Counted from the first letter of the stretch, positions 8,556-20,207 are shown. The stretch is 64,000 bases of DNA from an uncultured Candidatus Saccharibacteria bacterium (GCA_964503795.1 CAZDBT010000002.1:17989-81988), one strand, 5' to 3'. The notes: generated by a model not told the origin, from the letters alone. Program-made: numbers and translations.

Positions 8556-10862
8556 ATGAAAAAAGAAACCACGATGTTCACCAAAGTTCGCAAACGGGAT
8601 GGATCTATCGTTGAATTCGACCAGAGCCGCATCACCAGCGCTATCTTTAAGGCGTTGAGCGTTACCAAAGAGGGAAGTGAGAAGGATGCGGATCGGGTTT
8701 CCGACAAAGTTCTCAAGGCATTGAAAAAGGAGCATTCTACGAAGGATGTTCTGGATATTGAAACAATTCAGAACTACGTGGAAAGAGCTCTAGCGGTGAT
8801 GGGATTGTTTGAAACTTGCCGTGCCTACATCCTTTACCGAGAAAAGCGTGCTGAGGTCCGGGAAAAGAAGAAAGAAGTTCCCGAGCGAGTGAAAGAACTG
8901 GTCGCGCAGAGTAAGAAATTCTTTTCTGATTCGTTCAGCGAATATGTTTTTTACAGCCGATACTCCCGTTGGAAAGAAGACGAGGGGCGACGCGAGACTT
9001 GGATCGAAAGCGTTCAGCGTTACGCCGATTTTATGAAATCGAAGCTTAACGATAAACTGACCGATCAGGAGTACGCCGAAATTCAGAATGCGATTTTGAA
9101 CATGCGGGTAATGCCTTCCATGCGTCTGATGTGGAGTGCCGGCAAAGCTGCCACCGCCACCAACGTCACTGGCTACAACTGCTCATTTATCGCGATTTCG
9201 GATCTGCAGGATTTCGGGGAGATCATGTATCTCTCCATGTGCGGAACCGGCGTCGGTTTTTCGGTGGAAAGGCAAACCGTTGAAAAACTTCCGCAGATCA
9301 AAGAGCAAATCGCCGAGCCGAAAGAAAAGATCGCGATTGAGGATAGCAAAGAGGGCTGGGCGGACGCTTTTGTGGCTTGCATGAGGCATTGGTATAACGG
9401 GCGAGACGTGGAAGTTGATTATTCCAAGCTGCGTCCGGCCGGGGCCAGATTGCACACTATGGGCGGGAGAAGTTCCGGCCCGGGTCCGCTGAAGGCTCTG
9501 ATCGAGTTTGCTCGCATGAAGGTGTTGGATTGTCAGGGGTTTCGCCTTCGGCCGATCGACGTTCACGACATTACCTGCAAGATCGGTGAGATCGTGGAAA
9601 TGGGTGGCGTGCGTCGCAGCGCGATGCTTTCCCTCTCTAATCTTGATGACTTGGAAATGCGTTTGGCCAAAGATAAACGTTTCTGGGAGCGAGACGAAAA
9701 GCATCGCCATATGGCGAATAATTCCGTTGCTTACCGCGATAGGCCGACCATTCCCAAGCTCATGCGTGAGTGGGCGCAGTTAGTGGAAGGCGGGACCGGC
9801 GAACGAGGGATCTTCAATAGGGCTGGCCTTAAGAACCAGCTGCCGGAGAGGCGCTGGAAAGTTTTTGGAAGGGATGCTTCTACCAGTGGCACCAATCCCT
9901 GCGGAGAAATCGTGCTGAAGTCAAAGCAGTTCTGCAATCTGACGGAGGTGATTTGCCGCGCGGAAGATACACTGGAGACTTTGCTAGAAAAGGTCCGTCT
10001 TGCTACCATCCTTGGAACCTATCAATCCACGCTCACGTACTTCCCATATCTTTCGCCGAAATGGCAGGAGAATTGCGAGGAGGAGCGTCTGCTCGGCGTT
10101 TCGTTGACCGGCCAGTGGGATTGCCCGGTTGTGCGCGATCCGGAAGTTTTGAAGAAGCTTCGTGGACTGGCGATCGAGGTGAACAAGGAGTATGCCAAGC
10201 GTTTTGGTATCAACCAGTCTACCGCGATCACTTGCGTTAAGCCGTCGGGTACGGTGTCGCAGCTGGTTAATGCCGCCTCCGGGTTGCACACCCGTTACGC
10301 CAAGTACTACATTCGGCGCACTCGTCTTTCCGCCACCGATCCACTGTTTGAGATGCTCAAGGAACAGAAATATCCGTACGAACCCGACGTCTATCAGAGC
10401 GCGGGAGCAATGGCTAACTACGTCATATCTTTTGCCGTGAAGGCGCCAGATAACGCGATCACCCGGCATGACAAGAACGTCGTCGAGCAGTTGGACTACT
10501 GGAAGATGCTCAAGACCAACTACACCGAACACAATCCTTCCGCCACGATCTATGTGAAACCGGAGGAGTGGATTGATACTCTTCACTGGGTTCGGAAGAA
10601 CTGGGATATGATCGGCGGACTGACTTTTTACGCCGAACAGAGTATCTACGATCAGGCTCCGTATGAAGAGATCGCGGATGACGTGGTGAAGGACGAAAAG
10701 ACCGGAGAAATTAAGGTGGTGAAAACTGCCGAGCAGAAGTATCTGGAACTGAAGGCTCAACTTCCCGACATTGATTTTGCCAACATCGTTCTTTATGAAC
10801 AGGACGATGAAACGAAGGGCGCGAAGGAATTGGCCTGCGCCGGAGGAGTCTGTGAGATTTAA
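8556..10862 (+). CDS. nrdJ: Class II (adenosylcobalamin-dependent) ribonucleotide reductase with N-terminal ATP cone
   Basis: VRKRDG ATP cone, YNCSF, GTNPCGEI, QFCNLTE, VKPSGTVS, C-terminal CAGGVC; no adjacent beta subunit. Confidence 0.9.
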   Translation: MKKETTMFTKVRKRDGSIVEFDQSRITSAIFKALSVTKEGSEKDADRVSDKVLKALKKEHSTKDVLDIETIQNYVERALAVMGLFETCRAYILYREKRAEVREKKKEVPERVKELVAQSKKFFSDSFSEYVFYSRYSRWKEDEGRRETWIESVQRYADFMKSKLNDKLTDQEYAEIQNAILNMRVMPSMRLMWSAGKAATATNVTGYNCSFIAISDLQDFGEIMYLSMCGTGVGFSVERQTVEKLPQIKEQIAEPKEKIAIEDSKEGWADAFVACMRHWYNGRDVEVDYSKLRPAGARLHTMGGRSSGPGPLKALIEFARMKVLDCQGFRLRPIDVHDITCKIGEIVEMGGVRRSAMLSLSNLDDLEMRLAKDKRFWERDEKHRHMANNSVAYRDRPTIPKLMREWAQLVEGGTGERGIFNRAGLKNQLPERRWKVFGRDASTSGTNPCGEIVLKSKQFCNLTEVICRAEDTLETLLEKVRLATILGTYQSTLTYFPYLSPKWQENCEEERLLGVSLTGQWDCPVVRDPEVLKKLRGLAIEVNKEYAKRFGINQSTAITCVKPSGTVSQLVNAASGLHTRYAKYYIRRTRLSATDPLFEMLKEQKYPYEPDVYQSAGAMANYVISFAVKAPDNAITRHDKNVVEQLDYWKMLKTNYTEHNPSATIYVKPEEWIDTLHWVRKNWDMIGGLTFYAEQSIYDQAPYEEIADDVVKDEKTGEIKVVKTAEQKYLELKAQLPDIDFANIVLYEQDDETKGAKELACAGGVCEI

Positions 10863-10867
10863 AATAG

Positions 10868-10893
10868 GCCGCCTTGAAAAAGGCGGCTTTTTT
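10868..10893 (+). terminator. Intrinsic terminator after nrdJ
   Basis: GCCGCCTT-GAAA-AAGGCGGC-TTTTTT. Confidence 0.9.
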
Positions 10894-10894
10894 G

Positions 10895-10943
10895 TTGAAA
10901 AAATAGTCTCAAAAGAGTAAGCTTATCGGCGGTCCGTTGAAAA
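10895..10943 (+). promoter_or_regulatory. Promoter plus boxA-like leader of aceB
   Basis: TTGAAA-N17-TAAGCT, then GTCCGTTGAAAA at 10932 running into AAGGAG. Confidence 0.55.
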
Positions 10944-10953
10944 GGAGATAGAC

Positions 10954-12531
<1,578 letters not shown>

Positions 12532-12544
12532 CATTAATATTTCC

Positions 12545-12569
12545 AAGTCCCCGAAAGGGGACTTTTTTT
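12545..12569 (+). terminator. Intrinsic terminator between aceB and the ICL-like gene
   Basis: AAGTCCCC-GAAA-GGGGACTT-TTTTT. Confidence 0.9.
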
Positions 12570-12629
12570 GTTTGATTTAAAGGAAAAAAAGATTTAGACT
12601 AGCTCTTAGTTCCTCTTAAGGAGATCGTA

Positions 12630-13697
12630 ATGTCCGACAAGGAAAAAGTAACCAAGGTTCCCATCAATCCTCTACTGGAAAGACCCGGCGACGTTTTTGA
12701 AGCAACTTTGAAGCGTGACGGTTTGATCATCGCTCCCGGGGTTTACCACGGACGAGGAGCTCGCACTGCCAGAGAACTCGGATTCAATGCCGTTTATGGC
12801 GGCGGTTGGTCGATCAGCGCGATGCTCTGGGGCGAACCCGATATGGGTCTTCACGATCGCACCGAGATCTGCCTGATCGGAAAGCATATCATCCGGAATG
12901 CCAGTCCGTTGCCCGTCATTTTTGACGCGGAAACCGGGTTCGGCGGTTCCGTATCGCTAACCAGAACCGTCCAGGAGTTTCATTATATGGGCGTTGCCCT
13001 TGCTCACCTAGAAGATCAGGATGAGAGCGCTACGCGTCGGTGCGGCAATATGGTTGGGAAGCTTTGCGTGGATCCAAAAGTGATGGTAGCAAAGATCAGA
13101 TCTTGGCTGGCTACCACTAAGGCGCTGAACAGCTCTATGCGCTTGATGGTGCGTACTGATGCTTTGACGGCATTTGAAGGTGGGATCGACAACGCGCTTG
13201 ATCGCGCTAAGCGATATATGAGCGTTGAGTCTGGTGGTCTTAGGCCGTCGGTGCTTTGGGCCGATGCCATGATCGGTCGGGAGCAAATCGAACGCTGGGT
13301 TACGGAGATGAGGAAATTTGATCCGGAGATCATTCTGGGGATCAATTATTCCCCAAATAAGGACTGGGTGAAATACTACAAGGAAAAGTACAACGATCGG
13401 CCGCCGACCTACGAAGAGCTCTACGACAACGGCAATGGCTTCAGTGTAATATGGCATACCATTCTTGCGGCTCGGGCAGACGCTGAAGCTACCTGGAACA
13501 CCTTCGCCGATATGAAGAAGAACGGAGCGGAAGCGCTCTGGAAACTCCACGAACGTCAGCGTAGTCACCCAATGGGTGATTCGCAGGCGATGAGCGGGGC
13601 CAAGGAGTGGCAGAAGTATGAAGTTGAGTTGGGTGGCGAAGAGGCCGAAAAGCGTTACGATGGATCGGAAGGGTACAAGGGCGAAGAGAAGAAATAA
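12630..13697 (+). CDS. aceA: Isocitrate lyase / PEP mutase superfamily enzyme, probably a short-form isocitrate lyase
   Basis: APGVYH, DAETGFG, HLEDQ, RRCGN (vs K[KR]CGH), RTDA and NYSP motifs; adjacent to malate synthase. Confidence 0.7.
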   Translation: MSDKEKVTKVPINPLLERPGDVFEATLKRDGLIIAPGVYHGRGARTARELGFNAVYGGGWSISAMLWGEPDMGLHDRTEICLIGKHIIRNASPLPVIFDAETGFGGSVSLTRTVQEFHYMGVALAHLEDQDESATRRCGNMVGKLCVDPKVMVAKIRSWLATTKALNSSMRLMVRTDALTAFEGGIDNALDRAKRYMSVESGGLRPSVLWADAMIGREQIERWVTEMRKFDPEIILGINYSPNKDWVKYYKEKYNDRPPTYEELYDNGNGFSVIWHTILAARADAEATWNTFADMKKNGAEALWKLHERQRSHPMGDSQAMSGAKEWQKYEVELGGEEAEKRYDGSEGYKGEEKK

Positions 13698-13700
13698 AAC

Positions 13701-13730
13701 AAAGCCGCCCCCAGTTGGGGCGGCTTTTTT
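13701..13730. terminator. Bidirectional terminator
   Basis: AAAGCCGCCCC-CAGTT-GGGGCGGCTTT-TTT between convergent genes. Confidence 0.88.
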
Positions 13731-13733
13731 ATC

Positions 13734-14462
13734 CTAGAATTCTTCTCGGGGTTGGGATTTCTTGATGATCGCCATTGCTTCTTCCGCGGTGTCAACGATC
13801 GTGTAGAGTTCCAGATCTTCGGCGTCGATCGTTTTATGCTGGAGAAGGAGTTTTTCGCGCATCCACTTGTCCACATCTCCCCAAAACTCTTTTCCTACCA
13901 GAATTATCGGGATCTTGTCATAGATCTTTTTGGTTTGCACCAGGGTCAGGATCTCGAAAAGTTCGTCCAGAGTTCCGAATCCACCCGGGAAGTAAACATA
14001 GGCCTGGGAAGCAAAAGAAAGCATTACTTTTCTGGTGAAGAAATAATAAAAGCCGTGGCCTTGAGTTACAAATTCGTTGATGCGTTGTTCGAAGGGGAGT
14101 TGGATGTTGATACCGATGGAGTCGCCCTTGCCCTCATAGGCGCCGCGGTTACCGGCCTCCATTATGCCCGGTCCGCCGCCGGTAATTACGCCAAATTTGG
14201 CCTTAGCGAGCATTTTGCCGAGTTTACGAGCCACTTCATACCAATGATTGCCCTCATTGAGACGAGCAGAGCCAAAAAAGGTAACCGTCCTCTTCAGATC
14301 GGCTAGGAATTGAAAGCCGTCAACGAATTCCGCCATGATGCGAAAAATTCTCCAGTGGAAAGAATGGCGCCAATCTTTCGGATGGATGTGGATCGGAAGT
14401 TCCTTTGCCGGGACTAGAATTTTCTTCTCTGCTTTATGATGACCATCTTGTTTGTTGTTCAT
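13734..14462 (-). CDS. LOG family protein (TIGR00730, Rossmann fold)
   Basis: FGSAR, TGGGPGIMEA, FFTRK and PGGFGTLDE motifs. Confidence 0.93.
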   Translation of the reverse strand: MNNKQDGHHKAEKKILVPAKELPIHIHPKDWRHSFHWRIFRIMAEFVDGFQFLADLKRTVTFFGSARLNEGNHWYEVARKLGKMLAKAKFGVITGGGPGIMEAGNRGAYEGKGDSIGINIQLPFEQRINEFVTQGHGFYYFFTRKVMLSFASQAYVYFPGGFGTLDELFEILTLVQTKKIYDKIPIILVGKEFWGDVDKWMREKLLLQHKTIDAEDLELYTIVDTAEEAMAIIKKSQPREEF

Positions 14463-14518
14463 AGGTTTTATTTTAACACAAAACCCGCCCCGTATCGCGG
14501 GGCGGGTTGAGCTGGGGA

Positions 14519-14992
14519 CTATTTCTTTACGGGGACAGGTCGATAGAGTTCTTTGTCTATCTTACGATCAAAACAGACCTGCCCGGCATCGTGCTGCCAA
14601 TTTTCTTGGCCATAAGGCACAGAATAAGAAGCGGGCATAGCCGGCACCGGCTTCCCTAGAACACTGGGAGAGTTCAAGCTGGGTTTAGCGAATAAAGCGC
14701 AAAGCTGAAAACTTTCCGGGCCGGTGACGGTATAGGTGTAGGCGACTCCGGTGGTCGGATCTTTTGGAATAGTAACGCCTCGGATGCTGTCGTTCAGCTC
14801 CGAAAGCATCTTTGGTAGCCTCGCCTTATTGATCCAAAAATTAAGGATCTCCGATTGGATCATCTGCAGGTCGGAGATCCGCTGACCGTCCTGCTGCAGG
14901 AGTCGGGCGTAGTTCGGCGAACCAACGATGAAGAATCCGGCAATAATTGAGGCGGTTACGACGGCGATGATAGTGTAAGCGTAATATTTCAT
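14519..14992 (-). CDS. Hypothetical membrane-anchored protein with pilin-like DP-TG-Y motif
   Basis: N-terminal TM, GSP...D..RISDL, PKDPTTG.AY.Y, LCA.F; co-oriented with the upstream DUF5671-like gene. Confidence 0.6.
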   Translation of the reverse strand: MKYYAYTIIAVVTASIIAGFFIVGSPNYARLLQQDGQRISDLQMIQSEILNFWINKARLPKMLSELNDSIRGVTIPKDPTTGVAYTYTVTGPESFQLCALFAKPSLNSPSVLGKPVPAMPASYSVPYGQENWQHDAGQVCFDRKIDKELYRPVPVKK

Positions 14993-15005
14993 ATGTTTAT
15001 GTTCG

Positions 15006-15482
15006 TTAGTCGGTTTTATGATGCCTTAGTTCCCAAAGGTAATAGTAGAAAACATTTCCGGCGACAAAGAATACCGATAGAACTTTCAGCAGGAACCGAA
15101 GAGTCAGTTCGCCGTTCAGAAGGTTATTTATCAAAGTCACCAGATCCCCGATGATGATCAAAGAAGCGGCAAACAGGGTGAAGTAGACCAGCCATTTACG
15201 GATCCAGAGCTTTCGTTTGGCGGGAGTTTTGGTGTAGTTTTTGTTGAGAAACCAGACGCTGAAGATATAAACCGGAAAAACGATTATCAGGGAAGAGATA
15301 GACCAGCGGATGGCGGTCATTGCCGATTGGAAAGAATAATAATCGTTACCGGCTACCGCGTCTGGCAGTAAAACGTTGATATATTGAAAAATCAGTACCA
15401 AAAAAGCGATGCCGCTGGTGTACAAAGCGATGATTGAGAGCAGATGCAGGAAAACGTCTTTGGGCGAGGTTTTTGTTTCCAT
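15006..15482 (-). CDS. DUF5671-like membrane protein
   Basis: PKDVFLHL, IRKWLVYFTLF, GDLVTLI..LL.GE; 4 TM segments. Confidence 0.7.
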   Translation of the reverse strand: METKTSPKDVFLHLLSIIALYTSGIAFLVLIFQYINVLLPDAVAGNDYYSFQSAMTAIRWSISSLIIVFPVYIFSVWFLNKNYTKTPAKRKLWIRKWLVYFTLFAASLIIIGDLVTLINNLLNGELTLRFLLKVLSVFFVAGNVFYYYLWELRHHKTD

Positions 15483-15512
15483 TCCCTACACTATAACACA
15501 AAACCAGGAAAA

Positions 15513-15971
15513 TTACAGGGTCTTTTTCTTAAAATGCCAAGGTTTGAGTTGGCTGGCGATTCCCATAGCTAGAGCAATGATCACTAAATTCTTGATCATA
15601 TATTGACCTTCTAAGGTCGGAACAGGAAAGGGATTCCAGGCGATCTGCGGAAGTAGGAATAACGGCATGACCGTGGTGATCATATGGGGAACCAGCAACA
15701 GGATCGCCAGCCGTTCCAGATGCGGGATAACGAAAGTTATTCCGATCAGCATCTCAACGATCCCCAGACCGATAATGAATTCATGAAATCCGATGAAGGG
15801 CAGAGTTTTGTGAAGCAGATCTTCAACAAGCGGGTTGGCCGGGCTGGCGTCAAAGAGTTTTAAGATGCCAAATCCAAAAAAGACCACAAAAAGGGCGAAG
15901 CGGGAAAAAGCCGGGAAGATCGCCCTGATCTTGGAAATTATTTGCTGATCAATTCTTTCTAATAGCTCCAT
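15513..15971 (-). CDS. DoxX/YkgB-like membrane protein
   Basis: RFALFVVF..FG.LK, SPA.PLV and EGQYMIKN motifs. Confidence 0.7.
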   Translation of the reverse strand: MELLERIDQQIISKIRAIFPAFSRFALFVVFFGFGILKLFDASPANPLVEDLLHKTLPFIGFHEFIIGLGIVEMLIGITFVIPHLERLAILLLVPHMITTVMPLFLLPQIAWNPFPVPTLEGQYMIKNLVIIALAMGIASQLKPWHFKKKTL

Positions 15972-15972
15972 A

Positions 15973-17601
15973 TTATTTTTTTGCTAAGTGCCCCATAGAA
16001 TATTGTATACTGGCTCCGACTTTTTTGCCCGGATTGAAGATATTATTTGGATCAAAGATCTTTTTGGTTTTTTCAAATAAGGCATACACTTTCTTACCGT
16101 ACATCTGTTCCAAAAATGGAGTGCGGATGAGGCCGTCGTTATGTTCGCCGCTCATCGAGCCGTGAAATTCAAAGACCAGCTTATAAACTTTTTGGGAAAG
16201 CTCCGGAATGATCTTTCTGGATTCCGGATCAGCCAGATTCATCAGAGGAATAATATGGAAATTGCCGTCGCCAACATGGCCGGCAACCGTATAGTCCAGT
16301 TTGTATTCGCTCATAATGGCATTTAATTTCGGAAGGAAATCCGGCAACTGGTCCGGGCGGACGGTCATATCGTCAATGAATGGGGCGGTATGCTTGTCTT
16401 TGATATGATGGCGCAGCAAGTTGAAGCTTTCGCGGCGGATCACCCAGTATTTTTTGGATTCCTGGTCATTATGGGTTATACGAGATCGGACTTTGAATTC
16501 TTTTATCGCCATTTGGGCATTTAAGACGCGCTGTCCCACTTCTGCCTCTGAATCGCCGGCGAATTCGGCGATCAAGATCAGTTTGGGAATACCGCCGGTG
16601 AGCGCGGTCCAGAATTCCGGAAGAAATTGCCAAGCGAGCGACAGGGGATTGGTTTTGAGCAGTTTCAGGAATTCCGGCAGGTAGCGTATCGCCAGTTTTA
16701 AGGTGTTGTCGTCGTAGGATTCAAAGCTTTCCGGTTTAAAGGCCAGTACGGCGCCAATGATCCTGGCAAGCGGCGCCAGGTCTTTGAGAAAGATCGCGAG
16801 CATTTTCGTGTGGGCTTTTGGCTTAATCAGGCGGAATTTAATTTCCGTCGTTATTCCCAGCGTGCCCTGCGAGCCGACGAAGAGCTTGGTCAGATCGAAA
16901 GTTTTTTTGTCCCAGACGTTCCAAAGGTAGTAGCCGGAGGAGTTTTTAGAAACTTTTGGCTTGGCGGCTTGCAAGAGCTCATAATTTTTATTCACTAGCT
17001 CAAAGATCTGTTTATATAGTTTTCCCTCAAAGGACTTTGACGCCAGTTTCTTTTTCAGCTCCGCGCCGGCAAGCGGTTCGATGACATACTCATTACCGTC
17101 CCGCAGAACCACTTTCAACCTTTCGACATACCTTTCCGTTTTTCCGTATACCAGACTTTTTTCTCCTCCGGCATTATTGCCAACCATTCCGCCAACGGTG
17201 CAAATTTCCCGAGAGGCCGGGTAGGAAGGCATCAGCCAGCCTTTGGCTAGGGTGGCTTTTTCAAAATCGCGGTAAAAAACACCCGGCTCGGTGATAGCGT
17301 AGCCATTGCCGACTTCTTTTATTTGATCGAGATGCCGGTTGATGTCCACTACTATTGATTCGGTCAACGGACCGCCGGTCATGCAGGTGCCGCCGGATCG
17401 GGGAGTGAGGGAGAGCTTAGCTTTCTTGTTCTTTGCCACAAACTTCACCAAATTCTTAATATCTCCGGCATCTTTTGGCGCGGTCACTATTGCCGGTTTT
17501 ACTACGAACAAACTGGCGTCGCGGCTGTATTTTTCGATCGTGGCGCTGTCATCCAAAACCTCGCCCTTCAAGAAAGATTGAATTTCTTTTTTTAGATCCA
17601 C
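15973..17601 (-). CDS. FAD-linked oxidase (GlcD / D-lactate dehydrogenase family)
   Basis: YSRDAS, RSGGT, TVGGMVGNN, GSQGTLG, GHVGDGNFH, GEHNDG and FDPNNIFNPGK. Start GTG 17601 chosen from the upstream TGCTATAAT. Confidence 0.88.
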   Translation of the reverse strand: MDLKKEIQSFLKGEVLDDSATIEKYSRDASLFVVKPAIVTAPKDAGDIKNLVKFVAKNKKAKLSLTPRSGGTCMTGGPLTESIVVDINRHLDQIKEVGNGYAITEPGVFYRDFEKATLAKGWLMPSYPASREICTVGGMVGNNAGGEKSLVYGKTERYVERLKVVLRDGNEYVIEPLAGAELKKKLASKSFEGKLYKQIFELVNKNYELLQAAKPKVSKNSSGYYLWNVWDKKTFDLTKLFVGSQGTLGITTEIKFRLIKPKAHTKMLAIFLKDLAPLARIIGAVLAFKPESFESYDDNTLKLAIRYLPEFLKLLKTNPLSLAWQFLPEFWTALTGGIPKLILIAEFAGDSEAEVGQRVLNAQMAIKEFKVRSRITHNDQESKKYWVIRRESFNLLRHHIKDKHTAPFIDDMTVRPDQLPDFLPKLNAIMSEYKLDYTVAGHVGDGNFHIIPLMNLADPESRKIIPELSQKVYKLVFEFHGSMSGEHNDGLIRTPFLEQMYGKKVYALFEKTKKIFDPNNIFNPGKKVGASIQYSMGHLAKK

Positions 17602-17630
17602 GAACTTAATTATAGCATCTCCCGCCGTGC

Positions 17631-18059
17631 TTATCGGAACCGAATGGGTATGCGGAATTCGTCGTCGTGTTCGGGTAATCCGGAAGGATTGTCTTTCGCC
17701 AGCACCAGGAAGCCGGTGTCGGTGGTCGGAGCGATAAATTCCAGCTTCACAGAAAATGGGACAAAGTCGGTCGTCATCCAATCACTTAGGGCTTGGGCTG
17801 GTTTAGCGGCCAATACTTTATTATTCGCGTCCAGGATCCGGACCGGGAAGGATGCCTCAAAATACCAATTACCCCGGGCTTCACCGGTAATAATTATCGG
17901 ACTTTTGATGACTTGGCCGGTAGTGGGACTGGTGACGTGGATCAGGTCTCCTTTTTCCGATACGCCTTTTGGCGCGCTGGTTTTAGGAATTAATAAAAAA
18001 CTGATCAACGCGATAGCCAGGATCGCTAACACAGCCAATAAGAGCCAGTATTTTTTCAT
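17631..18059 (-). CDS. Gmad2-type Ig-like domain protein, N-terminally anchored
   Basis: GEARGNWYFEASFPV, WMT.DFVPF and KDNPSG motifs. Confidence 0.75.
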   Translation of the reverse strand: MKKYWLLLAVLAILAIALISFLLIPKTSAPKGVSEKGDLIHVTSPTTGQVIKSPIIITGEARGNWYFEASFPVRILDANNKVLAAKPAQALSDWMTTDFVPFSVKLEFIAPTTDTGFLVLAKDNPSGLPEHDDEFRIPIRFR

Positions 18060-18104
18060 AGATTGATTCTAACAAAAGATCGCCGGTAAGGCGATCTTTT
18101 GATG

Positions 18105-18590
18105 CTATTGCGAGACGACGATCTCGCCTTTCATGTTCGGATGCAGGGTACAGTGATAGGGATAAGTGCCTGGTTTATTAAAAATATATTCAAAGCTTTT
18201 GCCTTGACTTAATATATTGCTGGTAAATATCCCGGTGTCGCTGGTGACCGTGTGTCCGGCGGTGTCAAAATTGGTCCAAGTGATCTTGGTGCCAACTTTT
18301 ACCGGGGTGGTCGCGGAAACGAAAGCAAAACCCCGGATAGAAACCAAAATATTAGATGTGAATGCTTGGGTAGTCGGCGCCGGAGGGGGCGTGGTCTGGT
18401 GGGAGGTGGCGGGAGCCGGTCCGCCGGCTGGCGGAGGCGCAACCGATTTAGAAGTGACCGGAGCCGGAGCGGTTTTGGGGGCGACGATGGGTTGATAAAT
18501 CCAATGATAAAGAGCGGCGGCGATGCCGGCCAAGATCAAGATCGCGCCGATAATATTTTTATGTCCGGAAGGTTCGGTTGGGGAATCCAT
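18105..18590 (-). CDS. Cupredoxin (plastocyanin/azurin family), membrane-anchored
   Basis: N.D..GHTVT and YHCTLHPNM type-1 copper ligands; Pro/Thr linker. Confidence 0.9.
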   Translation of the reverse strand: MDSPTEPSGHKNIIGAILILAGIAAALYHWIYQPIVAPKTAPAPVTSKSVAPPPAGGPAPATSHQTTPPPAPTTQAFTSNILVSIRGFAFVSATTPVKVGTKITWTNFDTAGHTVTSDTGIFTSNILSQGKSFEYIFNKPGTYPYHCTLHPNMKGEIVVSQ

Positions 18591-18674
18591 AATACTTTAC
18601 ATTAATTATAATAAATGACGTCCTTACGTTCAACTACAGTTGTCCACAAACCCCGCCGCCGGCGGGGCGAACTC

Positions 18675-19265
18675 CTAAAGCAGTAAAGGCAAAAGTTTCT
18701 CCAGGGCTTGTTTACGGTGGCCGATCCTCGCCTCTTCATTCATGGTCATTTCGCCCAGCACCTTTCCAAGCTGCGGCACAAAGAACATTGAACGATACGG
18801 GAAGCCGGTGATCACGGTTTCGATCGGTTTGTCGGTGATAAAGCCGCGCATGACACCTTCGGCGATGGCCACCTCTTTGGCGGGAATTTTTAGCGCCATT
18901 ACTACGCGGAATTGAGCGCCGCGTTTTTCTTTCGGCACGCCCTGCATTTTTTCAGTGATCAATTTCACTAATTCATCGTCGGTCGCGCGATGACCGGGCC
19001 AGCGGCGGGACTTAACGCCCGGTTCGCCATTCAGATAATCTATCTCCAGGCCGGAATCTTCGGCGATGGTCGGGAAATCTACGAATTTAGAATAGAACTC
19101 CACTTTCAGTTTCGCGTTCTCTTCAAAAGTTGGAGCATCTTCCGGGGCTTCCTGGGTAATACCCAGATCTTGGAGTGTTACGACCTCGATCGGCAGATCT
19201 TTCAGGAGTTCTTTATATTCCAGGACTTTCCCGGGATTTTGGGTGGCGACTAAAAGTTTTTTCAT
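18675..19265 (-). CDS. rdgB: Non-canonical purine NTP pyrophosphatase (Ham1)
   Basis: ATQNPGK, ENAKLK, EDSGL, PGVKSRR and GHR motifs. Confidence 0.9.
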   Translation of the reverse strand: MKKLLVATQNPGKVLEYKELLKDLPIEVVTLQDLGITQEAPEDAPTFEENAKLKVEFYSKFVDFPTIAEDSGLEIDYLNGEPGVKSRRWPGHRATDDELVKLITEKMQGVPKEKRGAQFRVVMALKIPAKEVAIAEGVMRGFITDKPIETVITGFPYRSMFFVPQLGKVLGEMTMNEEARIGHRKQALEKLLPLLL

Positions 19266-19282
19266 TGCTTAAATTATACCAG

Positions 19283-20125
19283 TTAAAAATAAGAAGCCAA
19301 AGTTTTAACATTGGCCTGGTCAGGACCCCGGTCGTCTAGACCAGGAACTTCTAGAAGCCAGATTTTATTATGCAGTCTTTTTTCTTTAGCGAGATTAATA
19401 AAACCCTTTTTGCCGATATAGCCCATTCCGATATTTTCATGTCGATCGTGGCGGGAATTAAAAATAGTTTTTGAATCATTAGCGTGCAGCACCTCAAGGT
19501 TATCCAGGCCGATCTGTTTGTCCCAGACGTCAAAGAATTTTTTTACCTCTGCCGGACTCTTATATTCAAGCAGGCCCGCCTCGAAAGCGTGGGCAGTATC
19601 AAAGCAGAATTTCGCGCGTTGAGAATCAACGCCGGTAAAGATCGCGGCCAACTCTTCTAGTTGAGAGCCGAGTTTATTTCCGCCACCGGCGCTGTTCTCC
19701 AATATCAATCGGGCCGGGCCGGGAACCTCTTCCAGCACTTCCCGGATGCCGCTGACCAAGTTTTTCATACCGGCCGCAAAGCCCCCGTCTCCGGATGAGC
19801 CGAGATGAAATATCAATCCCTCCGCTTCCAGTTTCTGGGCGATCCGGTAATGTTCGGCCAGGCTTTTTATGGATTTTTGGCGAATGTCCGGTTTCGGACT
19901 GGCTAAATTAGCCAGATAACCGGCGTGGAGATATACCGCCGGGGAACCGGCTTTTGTTCTTTCTTGGAGAAACTTTGCCAACGCTTCCGGTTTCAGAGTT
20001 TGCGTCAGCCATTGCTGCGGTGAAGACCCGAAAATTTGGATCGCTTGCGCGCCGATATTTTTGGCGTTGGAGAAGCAATTATAGAGTCCGCCGCCGGCAG
20101 ATACGTGGGCGCCGATGAGTGGCAT
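19283..20125 (-). CDS. nfo: Endonuclease IV
   Basis: IGAHVS, LENSAG, CFDTAH, HANDSK and DRHENIG motifs. Confidence 0.93.
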   Translation of the reverse strand: MPLIGAHVSAGGGLYNCFSNAKNIGAQAIQIFGSSPQQWLTQTLKPEALAKFLQERTKAGSPAVYLHAGYLANLASPKPDIRQKSIKSLAEHYRIAQKLEAEGLIFHLGSSGDGGFAAGMKNLVSGIREVLEEVPGPARLILENSAGGGNKLGSQLEELAAIFTGVDSQRAKFCFDTAHAFEAGLLEYKSPAEVKKFFDVWDKQIGLDNLEVLHANDSKTIFNSRHDRHENIGMGYIGKKGFINLAKEKRLHNKIWLLEVPGLDDRGPDQANVKTLASYF

Positions 20126-20207
20126 TTGATAATTTTACCGCAACCGACTTGATTTAAAAATATCCGCGTTGCATGCTGGGGGCAGAGTACTTTAAAAGGA
20201 GCCAGCA

